DNA of 64,000 nt from Myxococcota bacterium (lineage in GTDB: Bacteria > Myxococcota_A > UBA9160 > SZUA-336), in NCBI GenBank assembly GCA_965247115.1, contig CBDFGR010000002.1, forward strand, positions 1,440,001 through 1,504,000, written 5' to 3'. Below the pieces are notes generated by a model. It did not search any database and was not told where the DNA came from. It was given only the letters and a program-made list of their open reading frames with translations. A program made the position numbers and the translations under genes. Below, piece after piece: positions 1 to 9,906 of the stretch (positions are counted from its first letter, which is position 1; every line of letters begins with the position of its first letter).

Positions 1-525
1 CCCGTTCTCGTTCAGGCGCTTGACAACGAGCTCCGTGATGTCGAGCGCGTCCTCGAGGTAGAGAACGCCGGGGCTGGAGCGATCGAGGATGAGCGAGAAG
101 TCCCTGTCTTTTCCGATCTCGAGGACCGCCTCAGAGAATTCCTTGACCAGGGGCGCGAGCATCTTGCGCTCCTCGAGCTGCAGCTCCTCCTGAGCCTCCT
201 GCACCTCACGCTCCAGGTCGCGGCCCCGCTTGACCAGGTCGAGCCGCCGCTCCTCGATGGCCTCGGGCGTGAGTACGTAGCGCTGCGCCTCGAGCTCTGC
301 GCCCAGGCGTCGAAGGTCCTCTTGCTGTGGCTCCAGCTCTCCCTGGATCTTGGCCGCCAGCTCCGTCAGGAGCTTCTCTGCCTCGCGCCCGCGTATCGAG
401 CTGATAATGGCCTGACGCTGATCGACGAACGCGATCTTCACGTCAGCCGCCCGGGCAAAGGAAGGTGCGAGCAAGCTCGCGAGCATGCCGAGCACGAACG
501 CCGAGCCGAGTAATCGGGTCCCCAT
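1..525 (-). CDS. skp: OmpH/Skp periplasmic chaperone (3' end runs off the window)
   Basis: Manual translation from ATG 525 (SD AAGGAGG at 531-537): MGTRLLGSAFVLG...ADVKIAFVDQRQAI...FSLILDRSSPGVLYLEDALDITELVVKRLNENG. Signal peptide, KIAFVD and LDIT motifs; directly downstream of bamA. Absent from the ORF track because there is no stop in the window. Confidence 0.9.
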   Translation of the reverse strand, partial: MGTRLLGSAFVLGMLASLLAPSFARAADVKIAFVDQRQAIISSIRGREAEKLLTELAAKIQGELEPQQEDLRRLGAELEAQRYVLTPEAIEERRLDLVKRGRDLEREVQEAQEELQLEERKMLAPLVKEFSEAVLEIGKDRDFSLILDRSSPGVLYLEDALDITELVVKRLNENG

Positions 526-580
526 CTGATCCTCCTTCTATTCGCTGCCTTGACTATCCCTTGGGGGGATCGTCTGGGGT

Positions 581-3265
581 TCAGAGCTGACTGCCACCCA
601 TAGAGAACTCGAATACCGCAGCGTCTTCGTCATCCAGCGCGTCGAGCGGGATCCCCAGAATGACCATGACCGGACCGAAGGGACTGAACCAGTTCACCCC
701 GAAGCCCACCGAGAAGCGGAAGTCCGCGGGGTTCAAGGCCTCATTCTCTGCAAATGCGTTTCCCATGTCGAAAAAGGTGATCCCAGTAAGCCCCAGCTCC
801 TCCGAGATCGGGAACTGCAGCTCCAGATTCAGCAGGAACATCTTATTCCCGCCGATCACATTCGCAAGGTCCAAGTCCACGAAGTCGTCGTTGTCATCGT
901 CACTGAGGCTGTTGCAACCGCTCGGCAGGATACACACGCCAAGTCCGGCAGGATCGGCGGGATCCTGGGAGACGCGGAATCCATTGGTGTTGAAGGCCAC
1001 CTCTCCGGGCGCAAACAAGTTTCCGTTGCTGTCAATGGACCGCGCTAGCAGCTCGCTCCGGCGCGGACCCACGGAGCGTTGCTTGAAGCCCCGAACTTGG
1101 AAGGCGCCAAGCCCGCCAAGGTAGTAGCGCTCGGTGAGGTTGAGCTCGAGATCGTCGTCGATCCGGGTGAGCGCTTCCGCCTCGGGGCCGAAGGCGTCCG
1201 TGAACGCCCTGCAGCTCGTCGCCGGCCCCGCACCGTCCGGGTCCGTGAAGGTACACACAGGCAGGTCAAAGTCTCCAATGGAGTTAAACGGGATCACCCA
1301 GCCGGCCCGAGTATTGATGATGACCGTCGACTCGAAGGGGAGCCACTTCTTCCAGGGGAAGTACCAGGTCGAGCGCCCTTCGAAACGCACGAACTCGTTG
1401 AGGCCGCCTAGCCCGGCGTACTCGACGTTGGCGGAGAACACGTTTCCGTTCTTCGGGAAACGAATGTCGTCGCGCGTGTCCCGTGAAACCGAGAAGTTGA
1501 CAAGCGAGGTCGAGGTTGAGCCCTCGAAGTCCTCTCGTTGCAGCATCGACGCGGCCTGCAGTCTGCCGAAGCCCGTCACGTCTCGCGTAGTGTACGAATA
1601 GCCGGTCCCGAGGAAGGTGTCGCCCTCGTCGAGCGGATAGCTGATGTTTGACGAGAAACCGGTGACCTCCTGATCGAAATCGAGGAACTCCCGCTCGATG
1701 CTGGACAGGGTGCCGGACAGCGTCGCCGCGCTGCCGAACGCGTACGGCTCCAGGTAGCGCAGGAAGATGTTCTTCGTCCGGCTGCCGACGTCCGCGTTCG
1801 CGCTCAGGGCTCGCCCCTGACCGAAGAGGTTCTCCTGCGAGATCGAGCCGTTGACGAGGAAGCCGTCTGTGGACCCGACGCCGGCGCCGAAGCTGAAGCT
1901 CCCCGTCGGTCGCTCGACGACGTCGACGGCCAGTGCGAGCCGCCCGGGCGTATCGAGCGGCTGGGCGGCCATCGTGACCTCCTCGAAGAAGCCCAGCCTG
2001 CGCACACGCGCCTCGCTGCGGCGCACCGAGTCCGCGGCGTAGAGCTCGCCCTCGGACACGCCAAGCTCGCGGCGAACGACGTTGTCTCGGGTGCGCGTAT
2101 TACCCCGGACATCGATGCGATCGATGAAGAAGAGCGTCCCCTTCTCCACCTCGAAAGTGGAGGCGATCAAGAGCGCATCCGGGTCGACGTCAGTCCGGGG
2201 GGAGATGCTGGACTCGAAGAAGCCACGATCGGCGTAGTAGAAGCGCAGCCGCTCGACATCGTCGGAGAGCACACTGCGGCTGAAGACTTCGCCCTCCTTG
2301 GTCTCGACCAGGCCGAGCAAGAGCTCGAGATCCATGGTCTCATCACCAATGACGTCGATCGTCCCGTTGCGGAACTGCGGCCCCTCTGTGATGTCCACGC
2401 TCACGTACAGCCCGTCCGCCTTGACCTCCACACTCGGATCACCCACGTCGACGCGAATGTAGCCGTCGTCCATGTACAGGCGGGCCACGGCGTCCAGGTC
2501 CTGATAGAAGAGCGGCTCCGCGTACAGCCCGGACTTGTCCCAGAAGTGGGTGACCATCGACAGCCAGCCCCAGGGCTTTACCTGCATGACGCGCCGCAGG
2601 TCTCCATCGTCGAAAGCGACGTTGCCCTCGAAGGAGACCTCGCGCAGCGTGAGCTTGGCACCTTCGGCGATCTCGAAGTTCACGGATACGGCGCCCGGGG
2701 CGAGCTCCTCGATCTCGTACTCGACCTGCGCGAGGTAGTAGCCCTTGGTCTGGTAGAAGCCCTCCATGCGAGCCCGGTTCTCGATCAGGAGCGGGTAGTC
2801 GATCGTGGAGCCGACCGTGAGGGTCAGCTGATCCTGGAGATCGTCGCTGTCGACCTCCTCGTTTCCGATCACCGTGATCCGGCGAATGATCGGCTGCTCC
2901 TGCACCGCGTACGTGAGCGCCTGCCCACCTTCCACACGATCGGCCGAGACGTCGACGTCGCGGAAGAAGCCGAGCTCGTAGATGCGTCTCACGTCCTCCG
3001 CCACGCGTGTGAAGCTGAAGACCGTGTCCACCTGCGTGACCAGCACGGCGCGGATAGCGTTCGCGTCGATGCGCCGATTCCCCTCGATCCGGATCTCGCG
3101 CACCACGACGCCCTCGGTGGGAGTGCCCGCGTCCGCCTGCTGAGCTCTGGCCCCAAGCGACGTGCCGAGCACGAGCGCGCCTACCAGAGTCCCCACGGCG
3201 GCGCGGATCCAGGAACCATTGCTCGAGATTCTCCGGTACGTCATATCCCTCGATCTCGTCGCCAA
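581..3265 (-). CDS. bamA: Outer membrane protein assembly factor BamA
   Basis: POTRA repeats (IEGNRRID, GNEEV, GNTRTRDNVVRREL), VVERPTGSFSFGAG, VRGF loop-6 motif, WFSPFGP and terminal FEFSMG strand. Start may be ATG 3244. Confidence 0.97.
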   Translation of the reverse strand: MATRSRDMTYRRISSNGSWIRAAVGTLVGALVLGTSLGARAQQADAGTPTEGVVVREIRIEGNRRIDANAIRAVLVTQVDTVFSFTRVAEDVRRIYELGFFRDVDVSADRVEGGQALTYAVQEQPIIRRITVIGNEEVDSDDLQDQLTLTVGSTIDYPLLIENRARMEGFYQTKGYYLAQVEYEIEELAPGAVSVNFEIAEGAKLTLREVSFEGNVAFDDGDLRRVMQVKPWGWLSMVTHFWDKSGLYAEPLFYQDLDAVARLYMDDGYIRVDVGDPSVEVKADGLYVSVDITEGPQFRNGTIDVIGDETMDLELLLGLVETKEGEVFSRSVLSDDVERLRFYYADRGFFESSISPRTDVDPDALLIASTFEVEKGTLFFIDRIDVRGNTRTRDNVVRRELGVSEGELYAADSVRRSEARVRRLGFFEEVTMAAQPLDTPGRLALAVDVVERPTGSFSFGAGVGSTDGFLVNGSISQENLFGQGRALSANADVGSRTKNIFLRYLEPYAFGSAATLSGTLSSIEREFLDFDQEVTGFSSNISYPLDEGDTFLGTGYSYTTRDVTGFGRLQAASMLQREDFEGSTSTSLVNFSVSRDTRDDIRFPKNGNVFSANVEYAGLGGLNEFVRFEGRSTWYFPWKKWLPFESTVIINTRAGWVIPFNSIGDFDLPVCTFTDPDGAGPATSCRAFTDAFGPEAEALTRIDDDLELNLTERYYLGGLGAFQVRGFKQRSVGPRRSELLARSIDSNGNLFAPGEVAFNTNGFRVSQDPADPAGLGVCILPSGCNSLSDDDNDDFVDLDLANVIGGNKMFLLNLELQFPISEELGLTGITFFDMGNAFAENEALNPADFRFSVGFGVNWFSPFGPVMVILGIPLDALDDEDAAVFEFSMGGSQL

Positions 3266-3335
3266 GTAAATTTACGGTGAACGCGACACCTTACCCTGAG
3301 CGTGCCGGCGCGGTCTACAGAATCCCTCCGCCCGC

Positions 3336-4007
3336 TCAGGACTCCAGCCGGCCCTCCGTCAGGTAGCACTTCTTCGCGAGTCGGTTGGCCAGCTTCTCGT
3401 TGTGGGTGACGAGAATCAGGGCCGTCTCGATCTCGGCGTTCAGCTTGAGAAAGAGGTCCTCCACGTCCTCGGCCGTGTGCGGATCCAGGTTCCCGGTCGG
3501 CTCGTCCGCCAGGATGACCGGGGGCTCGAGCACCATCGAGCGCGCCACCGCCACGCGCTGTCGCTCGCCGCCGGAGAGCTTGCCAGGCCCATGCCGGCGG
3601 CGGTCTGCGAGTCCCACGACCTCGAGCATCTCCCCGGCACGCGCTCGCGCCTTGCGCTTGCTCCAGCCCGCCAGGAGGCACGGCATCATGACGTTCTCCT
3701 CGGCATCGAACTCGGGGAGGAGATGGTGCAGCTGGAACACGAAGCCCAGGGTCTGATTGCGAAACTGCGCGATCTCTGCGCTTGGAAGCCCGTAGATATC
3801 CACACCGCTGTACAGGACGCGACCCGCGGTCGGCCGCTCGAGGCCTCCGAGGATGTGCAGGAGCGTCGACTTGCCGGCCCCAGAGACCCCGAGAACCGCG
3901 ATGGAATCGCCTCGGCCGATGCGCAGATCGATCCCGTTCAGGATCTCGAGCCTCGCCCCCGCAAGCTCGAAGTGCTTGACCACTCCCTCGGCGCAGAGGT
4001 CACTCAT
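3336..4007 (-). CDS. lolD: Lipoprotein-releasing ABC transporter ATP-binding protein
   Basis: Walker A GVSGAGKS, GFVFQLHHLLPEF, LSGGERQR, ADEPTGNLD; downstream of lolC/E. Confidence 0.93.
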   Translation of the reverse strand: MSDLCAEGVVKHFELAGARLEILNGIDLRIGRGDSIAVLGVSGAGKSTLLHILGGLERPTAGRVLYSGVDIYGLPSAEIAQFRNQTLGFVFQLHHLLPEFDAEENVMMPCLLAGWSKRKARARAGEMLEVVGLADRRRHGPGKLSGGERQRVAVARSMVLEPPVILADEPTGNLDPHTAEDVEDLFLKLNAEIETALILVTHNEKLANRLAKKCYLTEGRLES

Positions 4008-5757
4008 ACCGGAGCGCCTCCGCGGGATCGAGACGGGCAGCCTGCCACGACGGCAGCAGGGTCGAGCCGATCGCGAGCACCATCGCGATCACCGCGATGA
4101 CGACCAGCTGGATCGGAACCACGTCGTAGGGCAGACCCTGCAGCTGGTACACGTTCGCCGGCAGCAGATCCAGGCCGAGCGTTCGCTCGACCACGAGCTG
4201 GATCCACGCCAGATTCCAGGTGATCACCAGTCCCATGCCGAGCCCGAGCACGAGACCGACGAGCCCGATCAAGATGCCCTCGAGCGCGAAGACGCGCAGG
4301 ATCCCGTCGTCGTCGCAGCCCATTGCCTTGAGGATGGCGATGTCGCGGGACTTCTCCATGATCATCATGATCAGCGTCGCAATGATGATGAAGCCCGCCA
4401 CGACCATGATGAACGACAGCAGCACGAACATCATCACCCGCTCGGTCTTCAGCGCCTGGAAGAAGGACGGGTAGAAGTCCTTCCAATCGCGCGCGAAGTA
4501 GAGCCCCCCGAGCTCGGCCTCGACTCGCTCGCCCACGCTGAACGAGCGGTAGGGATCCCCTGTGCGCACCTCGATGCCGCTCACGACGTCGTCGAGCCGC
4601 ATGAAGTCCTGCACCGCGCCGAGCTGTGCGTAGAGGAGACCGTCGTCGAACTGGTAGAACTGCGTGCGGAAGAACCCGGCCACGCGAAAGCGCTCCATGC
4701 GGGGAGCCGGTCCGATGGGAGTCGGGGCGCCTCCCAGCGGAGAGATCAGGAGGAGCGGATCTCCGAGCTGCAGGAAGAAGCGATCTGCGAGCTGCACGCC
4801 GACGATCACCCCTGGCAGCGCGGCATCCCCCTCGGCCTGTGGACTCGGGACCAGCTCTGCTAGTGAGCCCGCGATCAGGTGCTCGGGGAGCTGGGTCGCG
4901 TCGCCAACGGTCACGGGATCAATGCCCTTCAGCGTGACGGGCTGGATCCGGCCGTCCTTTCCGCGCACGATGACGTCGGTCGCGATGTACGGAGTGGCGC
5001 CGAGCACCTCGGGCACCTTCAGGATGTTCTCCCGCAGGGCCATGTAGCGCGGGTACTCGCCGAGATGGGAGTGCACGACCATGTGGGCCTGCGAGCCGAT
5101 GATCTTCTCCTCCCACATGCGCGAGAAGCCATTCATCACGGAGATCACGACGGTGATGACCGCGACGCCAAGCGCGACTCCAAGGATGCAGATCACGGAG
5201 ATGATCGAGATGAAGGTCTGGCGGCGCTTTGCCATGAGGTAGCGCAGCGTCAAGAACCACTCGACGGGTCGCTCGCGCCGGTGCAGGACCAGACCTCCGA
5301 GAACCAGGGGCCAGAGACCCAGCACAGCCCCCTGCAGCACGAAGCTCGCCGTGCCGAGAGCGAGCTCGGCTCTGGCCTCGAAGCTCGGCAGCGCGAGGGA
5401 GACAAGAAAGAGCGCCGCACAAACGCCCAGCAAGGCGAACCCTCCGCGCAAAAGCCAGCGATGCGAGGACTTCCAGCGCACGAGACCGTAGAAGAGCGCC
5501 GTCCACAGCAGCTGGCCTGCCGGGAGCGTCCAGACAGGCTCGATCCGGAGCGCAGCTGCCGTGGCAGTCATGACGGCCGTGGCGAGGAGCATCGCCACGA
5601 GTGCTGCACGCGGCGCCTCGACAAAGCGGAGGAACTGACCGAGCACGAGCGCCGCGGAGCCGGAAAAGAACGCAAAGAGCGCCAGAAAGCCCAGTGCGAT
5701 CAGCCCGACCAGACTGGCCGATGCGAAGCCCAGCAGCGCCGCCAGCCAGTCAAGCAT
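4000..5757 (-). CDS. lolE: Lipoprotein-releasing ABC transporter permease LolC/E with N-terminal membrane extension
   Basis: LRYLMAKRRQTFISII, SVMNGF, EKSRDIAILKAMG, AARLDPAEALRYE. Confidence 0.9.
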   Translation of the reverse strand: MLDWLAALLGFASASLVGLIALGFLALFAFFSGSAALVLGQFLRFVEAPRAALVAMLLATAVMTATAAALRIEPVWTLPAGQLLWTALFYGLVRWKSSHRWLLRGGFALLGVCAALFLVSLALPSFEARAELALGTASFVLQGAVLGLWPLVLGGLVLHRRERPVEWFLTLRYLMAKRRQTFISIISVICILGVALGVAVITVVISVMNGFSRMWEEKIIGSQAHMVVHSHLGEYPRYMALRENILKVPEVLGATPYIATDVIVRGKDGRIQPVTLKGIDPVTVGDATQLPEHLIAGSLAELVPSPQAEGDAALPGVIVGVQLADRFFLQLGDPLLLISPLGGAPTPIGPAPRMERFRVAGFFRTQFYQFDDGLLYAQLGAVQDFMRLDDVVSGIEVRTGDPYRSFSVGERVEAELGGLYFARDWKDFYPSFFQALKTERVMMFVLLSFIMVVAGFIIIATLIMMIMEKSRDIAILKAMGCDDDGILRVFALEGILIGLVGLVLGLGMGLVITWNLAWIQLVVERTLGLDLLPANVYQLQGLPYDVVPIQLVVIAVIAMVLAIGSTLLPSWQAARLDPAEALRYE

Positions 5758-7246
5758 CGCGCGGCCGCAGGTGGGGGAAAATCTTCACCTCGCGCAGGTG
5801 AGACGCGCCCGTGAGGATCATGCTGAGACGCCCAATCCCCATCCCCATGCCCCCGGTAGGTGGCATGCCGTACTCGAGCGCACGCAGGAACTCCTCGTCG
5901 ATCGGATGCGCATTTTCGTCGCCCTGTCGCCCGGCCTCTGCCTGTGCCGCGAAACGCTCACGCTGGTCGTCCGGATCGTTCAGCTCCGAGAAGGCATTCG
6001 CCAGCTCCATCCCGCCGATGAAGGCCTCGAAGCGCTCGACGAGCTGCGGGTTCTCCTCGGACCTCTTGGCGAGGGGAGAGAGGTCGACGGGGTAGTCGAC
6101 GACGAAGGTCGGCGAGAACAGGTCTGGCTCGACGGTCTTCGAGAACAGCTCGTCGACGAGCGTGGCCCAGCTCGGAGCGTCGCCTGGCGCAAGCCCCTGC
6201 ACGTCCGCCTGCTCCACCGCTGCGCGCAAGCTCTCGAGATCGGCTGCCAGCTCGATGTTCACTCCCGTGTGCTCCTCGATCAGCTCCGTCATCGAGCGTC
6301 TGGGCCACGGGGGCGCCAGGTCGAGCGTCTTCCCATCTCGTTCGACACGCGTGCTCCCGAGCACACGCTCGGCGGTCTCGGACACCAGTGACTCGGTCAG
6401 GTCCATCATGTCGCGATAGTCCGCATACGCCTCGTAGATCTCGAGCATCGAGAACTCGGGATTGTGCTTCTTCGAGATCCCCTCGTTGCGGAAGTCGCGC
6501 CCGATCTCATAGACGCGCTCGAGCCCCCCGATAATCAATCGCTTGAGATAGAGCTCGAAAGAGATGCGCAAGTACAGGTCCTGACCGTACGTGTGGTGGG
6601 TGGTGGTGAAGGGGCGAGCGTGCGCGCCGCCGTAGATCGGCTGCAGGATCGGCGTCTCGACCTCCAGGTAGCCCTGTCCGTCGAGTATTCCCCGCAGGGA
6701 GGAGACGATGCGGCTGCGCAGCACCGCGAGCTCGCGCGAGCGCGGATTTGCCAGCAGGTCGAGGTAGCGCTGCCGGTAGCGTGTCTCCACATCGTGTAGG
6801 CCTCCGTGCTTGTCCGGCAGCGGCCGATAGGCCTTCGACAGGAAGCCGAACTCCGTGACGTCCAGCGTGAGCTCGCCCTTCTTGGTGCGGATCAGCGGAC
6901 CCCGGGCCCACATGAAATCACCCACTTCGTAGAGCTTGAACTCGCTGTAGCGGTCGGCGCTCAGCTGGTCGCGCTTCATCCAGATCTGCAGGCGCGATCC
7001 GTCGGCCAGAAGCTCCACGAAGGCCGCCTTGCCGAAGGAGCGCAGGCTGACGAGCCTCCCCGCGATCGTCGCCTCTGGAGCCTCGCGCGCGAGGGTCGCC
7101 TCGTCCTTGTGGCCGTGGGCCTCGCTCAGCTCACGAATCGGGTGCAGCGGCTTCGGGACCTTCGCGGGGTAAAGATCGACGTTGCGGTCGACGAGCTCGC
7201 GTGCGCGTTTGCGGCGCGCGGCGAGGATCTCGGCTTCTGTGGCCAC
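5750..7246 (-). CDS. lysS: Lysine--tRNA ligase (class II)
   Basis: RYRQRYLDL, GGAHARPF, FRNEGISKKHNPEF, YGMPPTGGMGMGIGRL. Confidence 0.98.
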   Translation of the reverse strand: MATEAEILAARRKRARELVDRNVDLYPAKVPKPLHPIRELSEAHGHKDEATLAREAPEATIAGRLVSLRSFGKAAFVELLADGSRLQIWMKRDQLSADRYSEFKLYEVGDFMWARGPLIRTKKGELTLDVTEFGFLSKAYRPLPDKHGGLHDVETRYRQRYLDLLANPRSRELAVLRSRIVSSLRGILDGQGYLEVETPILQPIYGGAHARPFTTTHHTYGQDLYLRISFELYLKRLIIGGLERVYEIGRDFRNEGISKKHNPEFSMLEIYEAYADYRDMMDLTESLVSETAERVLGSTRVERDGKTLDLAPPWPRRSMTELIEEHTGVNIELAADLESLRAAVEQADVQGLAPGDAPSWATLVDELFSKTVEPDLFSPTFVVDYPVDLSPLAKRSEENPQLVERFEAFIGGMELANAFSELNDPDDQRERFAAQAEAGRQGDENAHPIDEEFLRALEYGMPPTGGMGMGIGRLSMILTGASHLREVKIFPHLRPRDA

Positions 7247-7249
7247 GCG

Positions 7250-8372
7250 CTAGCCCTCCGCCGCCACGAGGAGGTACGCACGAATCATCGAATCAATCCC
7301 GCCATCCAGGACTCTGTTCGCATCGCCAATCTCGACACCGGTGCGGTGGTCCTTCACCCGCTGGGAAGGATGTAGCGTGTACGAACGGATCTGGCTGCCG
7401 AAGTCGATCTTCTTCTTCTCTCCCTCCAGCCGCTCCTTCTCGGCCTCGCGCTCCAGGCGCGCCCGCTCGTACAGGCGCGCCCGCAGGACCTTCATGGCCG
7501 AGGCTTTGTTCTTGTGCTGGCTGCGCTCGTTCTGGCACTGGACGACCACGCCCGTTGGAAGATGAGTGATGCGCACTGCGGAGTCCGTTCGGTTGACGTG
7601 CTGACCACCCGCGCCGCCGGCCCGGTACGTATCGATCCGCAGGTCCTTCTCGTCGATGTTGACCTCCACGTCGCTGCCGATATCGGGCACCATCGAGAAC
7701 GATGCGAAGCTCGTCTGGCGACGCTTCTGCGCGTCGAAGGGCGAGATGCGAACGAGGCGGTGGATGCCGATCTCGCTCCGGAGGTGGCCGTAAACGTAGT
7801 CGCCTTCGATCGTGAACGTGACGCCCTTGATACCGGCCTCTTCCCCTTCCTGAATGTCGAGGATGTCCGACTTGAAGCCCCGCTCCTCGGACCAGCGCAG
7901 GTACATGCGCAGCAGCATCTCGGCCCAATCACAGGAGTCCGTGCCGCCGGCCCCGGCGTTGATCGAGACGATGGCCGAGTTGTGATCGTGCTCGCCAGAG
8001 AGCAGGCGCACGAGCTCCGCCTCCGCCAGACGTTCGCTGAGCTTCTCGACGCTCTCGGCCGACTCGGCAATGGTCTCGAGATCACCTTCCTCGACGGCGA
8101 GCTCGAGCATCACCGAGGCATCCGAGAGGAGGGTCTCGGTCTCGTTGAAAAAGTCGAGCTCCCGGGCAAGCTCGCTCTTCTCGCGCAGGGTCCGCTCTGC
8201 CTGCTCTCGGTCGTTCCACAGCTCCGGGTCTGCGGTGATCCGCTCTAGCTCGTCGAGTCGGGTGCGCTTCGTCGCGAGGTCAAAGATGCCTCCGCAGCTC
8301 CGCGGTGCGCTCGCCGAGAGCTCGTAGCTCGTCCTGGATCTCCTTCGCTCGTGAGCTCGCGTCTTCTGACAA
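7250..8372 (-). CDS. prfB: Peptide chain release factor 2, with programmed +1 ribosomal frameshift
   Basis: TTG start at 8372 with SD GGAGGAG; 30 codons (MSEDASSRAKEIQDELRALGERTAELRRHL), then CTT TGA C. The +1 frame continues DLATKRTRL... with SPF and GGQ motifs to the stop at 7250. Confidence 0.96.
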
Positions 8373-9906
8373 CCCAGACTCCTCCGATCCCGATCAGCAA
8401 TCCCCAGCAGGCCCAGACCACCCAGTCGCCCAGGCGCGTGTACAGCGTGGCTCCAGCGCGCGGGCGGGGTAGCACCGTCACGACCGCCCTGCGCTCGAAG
8501 ATTGGCGTCTCCTGCAGGACAATGCCACCCGCATCCACCACTCCGCTCACTCCGGTGTTCGCGGCACGCAACAGCGGCACGCCGTGCTCCGCGGAGCGCG
8601 TGGCCGCGATCGCCAGGAACTGGTGCGGCGCGCTGGTCCGCCCGTACCAGGCATCGTTCGTGAGGTTCAGCAGGACGCGCGCGCCATCGCGCACGGCCTC
8701 TCGAACCAGGTTTGGGTAGATCACCTCGTAACAGATGAGTGCGGCGGGGGCCGTACTCGTCGCCCAGGCAGCAGAGGTCTGCAGAACGCGGGGCGCCCCG
8801 CCCGGCGAGATGTCCTCCTGCGCCAGGCCCGTCGCCACACCCCGGAGAAAGCCCAGCAGGCTGCGCAAGGGGACGTACTCGCCGAACGGGACCAGGTGCG
8901 TCTTGTCGTAGCGATCGACCAGCTCTCCCGAGGAGCTGACCACGAACACACTGTTGAAGTAGCGTGGGCTGCTTTGGCCGAGAGGCCACTCGAATCCAAC
9001 ACCCCCCAGCACGACCGTCGCCGCGGTCTCGCGTGCCAGCCTCTGCACCGCCGCCCTGGCTTCGGGCTGCTCGTCGAGTAGGATGGGCACCGCGGACTCT
9101 GGCCACAGGATCAGGTCGACCCCACTCGAGTCGGGCTGCGACAGCTCGATGTGGACGCCAAAGTTCTGCATTGCGAGCTCCGGGTCCCACTTCTGCCCTT
9201 GCGGGATGTTTCCCTGGACGATCTGGACACGCAGAGGGTCGTCGGTCGCGGGCTGCGCCGCAGCCTCGAACAGGCGCCAGGAAAAGCCGCTGGCATGCAC
9301 GATGGCTACCACGATGATCGCCGCCCGAAAGTGCCGGAGACTCAGCAGCGAGGCGACGAGTGCGAGGAGGAAGCTCAGACCCCAGATCCCACCCAGCCCG
9401 GCCAGCTCGAGCACGGGCCCATCGCGGTGGACGGCATAGCCCAGGTAGGCCCAGGGGAACCCCCCGAACAGGTCGAAGCTGCGCAGGTGCTCCGCCGTCA
9501 CCCAGGCAGCAGGCAGCACGAACAACGCGGCGCGACCAGCGGTCGGCAAGAGCCAGCTCGTGAGCGCTCCCGCCAGCCCCGCGTGCAGTCCCATGTAGGC
9601 GGCGAGGCCGAGCGTGGCGAGGACTCCGACCAACGCGTTGGCGTGACCGTGGACGACGACCACGACGAAGATCCAGAACAGGATCACGCCGTAGCCCAGC
9701 GTGGCGAAGCCCGTGGTCCAGAGGAACGCGCGCCGCGGCGACAGACGCTCGAGCAACAGAGCGAGGGGCAACAAGGCCACCCAGCCGGCCAGCATCCCGA
9801 CGTCGAAGCGCAGCTCTCCTACTCGAAACGGAAAGGAGGCCGCGAGCAGAACCGCGAAGGCGACCCCCAGGCCCGGGCGCCCTAGCCGAAGCGCGACAGC
9901 TCCCAA
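8245..9906 (-). CDS. lnt: Apolipoprotein N-acyltransferase
   Basis: GGFPWAYLGY, VQGNIPQ, WPES, YDKTHLVPFGEY, ICYE, NDAWYG, RAANTG. Likely TTG start at 9906; the ORF-track start at 10086 lies inside ybeY. Confidence 0.95.
   Translation of the reverse strand: MGAVALRLGRPGLGVAFAVLLAASFPFRVGELRFDVGMLAGWVALLPLALLLERLSPRRAFLWTTGFATLGYGVILFWIFVVVVVHGHANALVGVLATLGLAAYMGLHAGLAGALTSWLLPTAGRAALFVLPAAWVTAEHLRSFDLFGGFPWAYLGYAVHRDGPVLELAGLGGIWGLSFLLALVASLLSLRHFRAAIIVVAIVHASGFSWRLFEAAAQPATDDPLRVQIVQGNIPQGQKWDPELAMQNFGVHIELSQPDSSGVDLILWPESAVPILLDEQPEARAAVQRLARETAATVVLGGVGFEWPLGQSSPRYFNSVFVVSSSGELVDRYDKTHLVPFGEYVPLRSLLGFLRGVATGLAQEDISPGGAPRVLQTSAAWATSTAPAALICYEVIYPNLVREAVRDGARVLLNLTNDAWYGRTSAPHQFLAIAATRSAEHGVPLLRAANTGVSGVVDAGGIVLQETPIFERRAVVTVLPRPRAGATLYTRLGDWVVWACWGLLIGIGGVWVVRRRELTSEGDPGRATSSRRAHRGAAEASLTSRRSAPDSTS
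8279..8293 (-). promoter_or_regulatory. prfB +1 frameshift signal (internal SD GGAGG + CAT CTT TGA C)
   Basis: Minus strand reads GGAGG CAT CTT TGA C, the canonical RF2 autoregulatory slippery site. Confidence 0.95.

Noticed and set aside
8280..8282. In-frame TGA in prfB as a pseudogene or selenocysteine codon
   Set aside because: It is the canonical programmed frameshift CTT TGA C with an internal SD.
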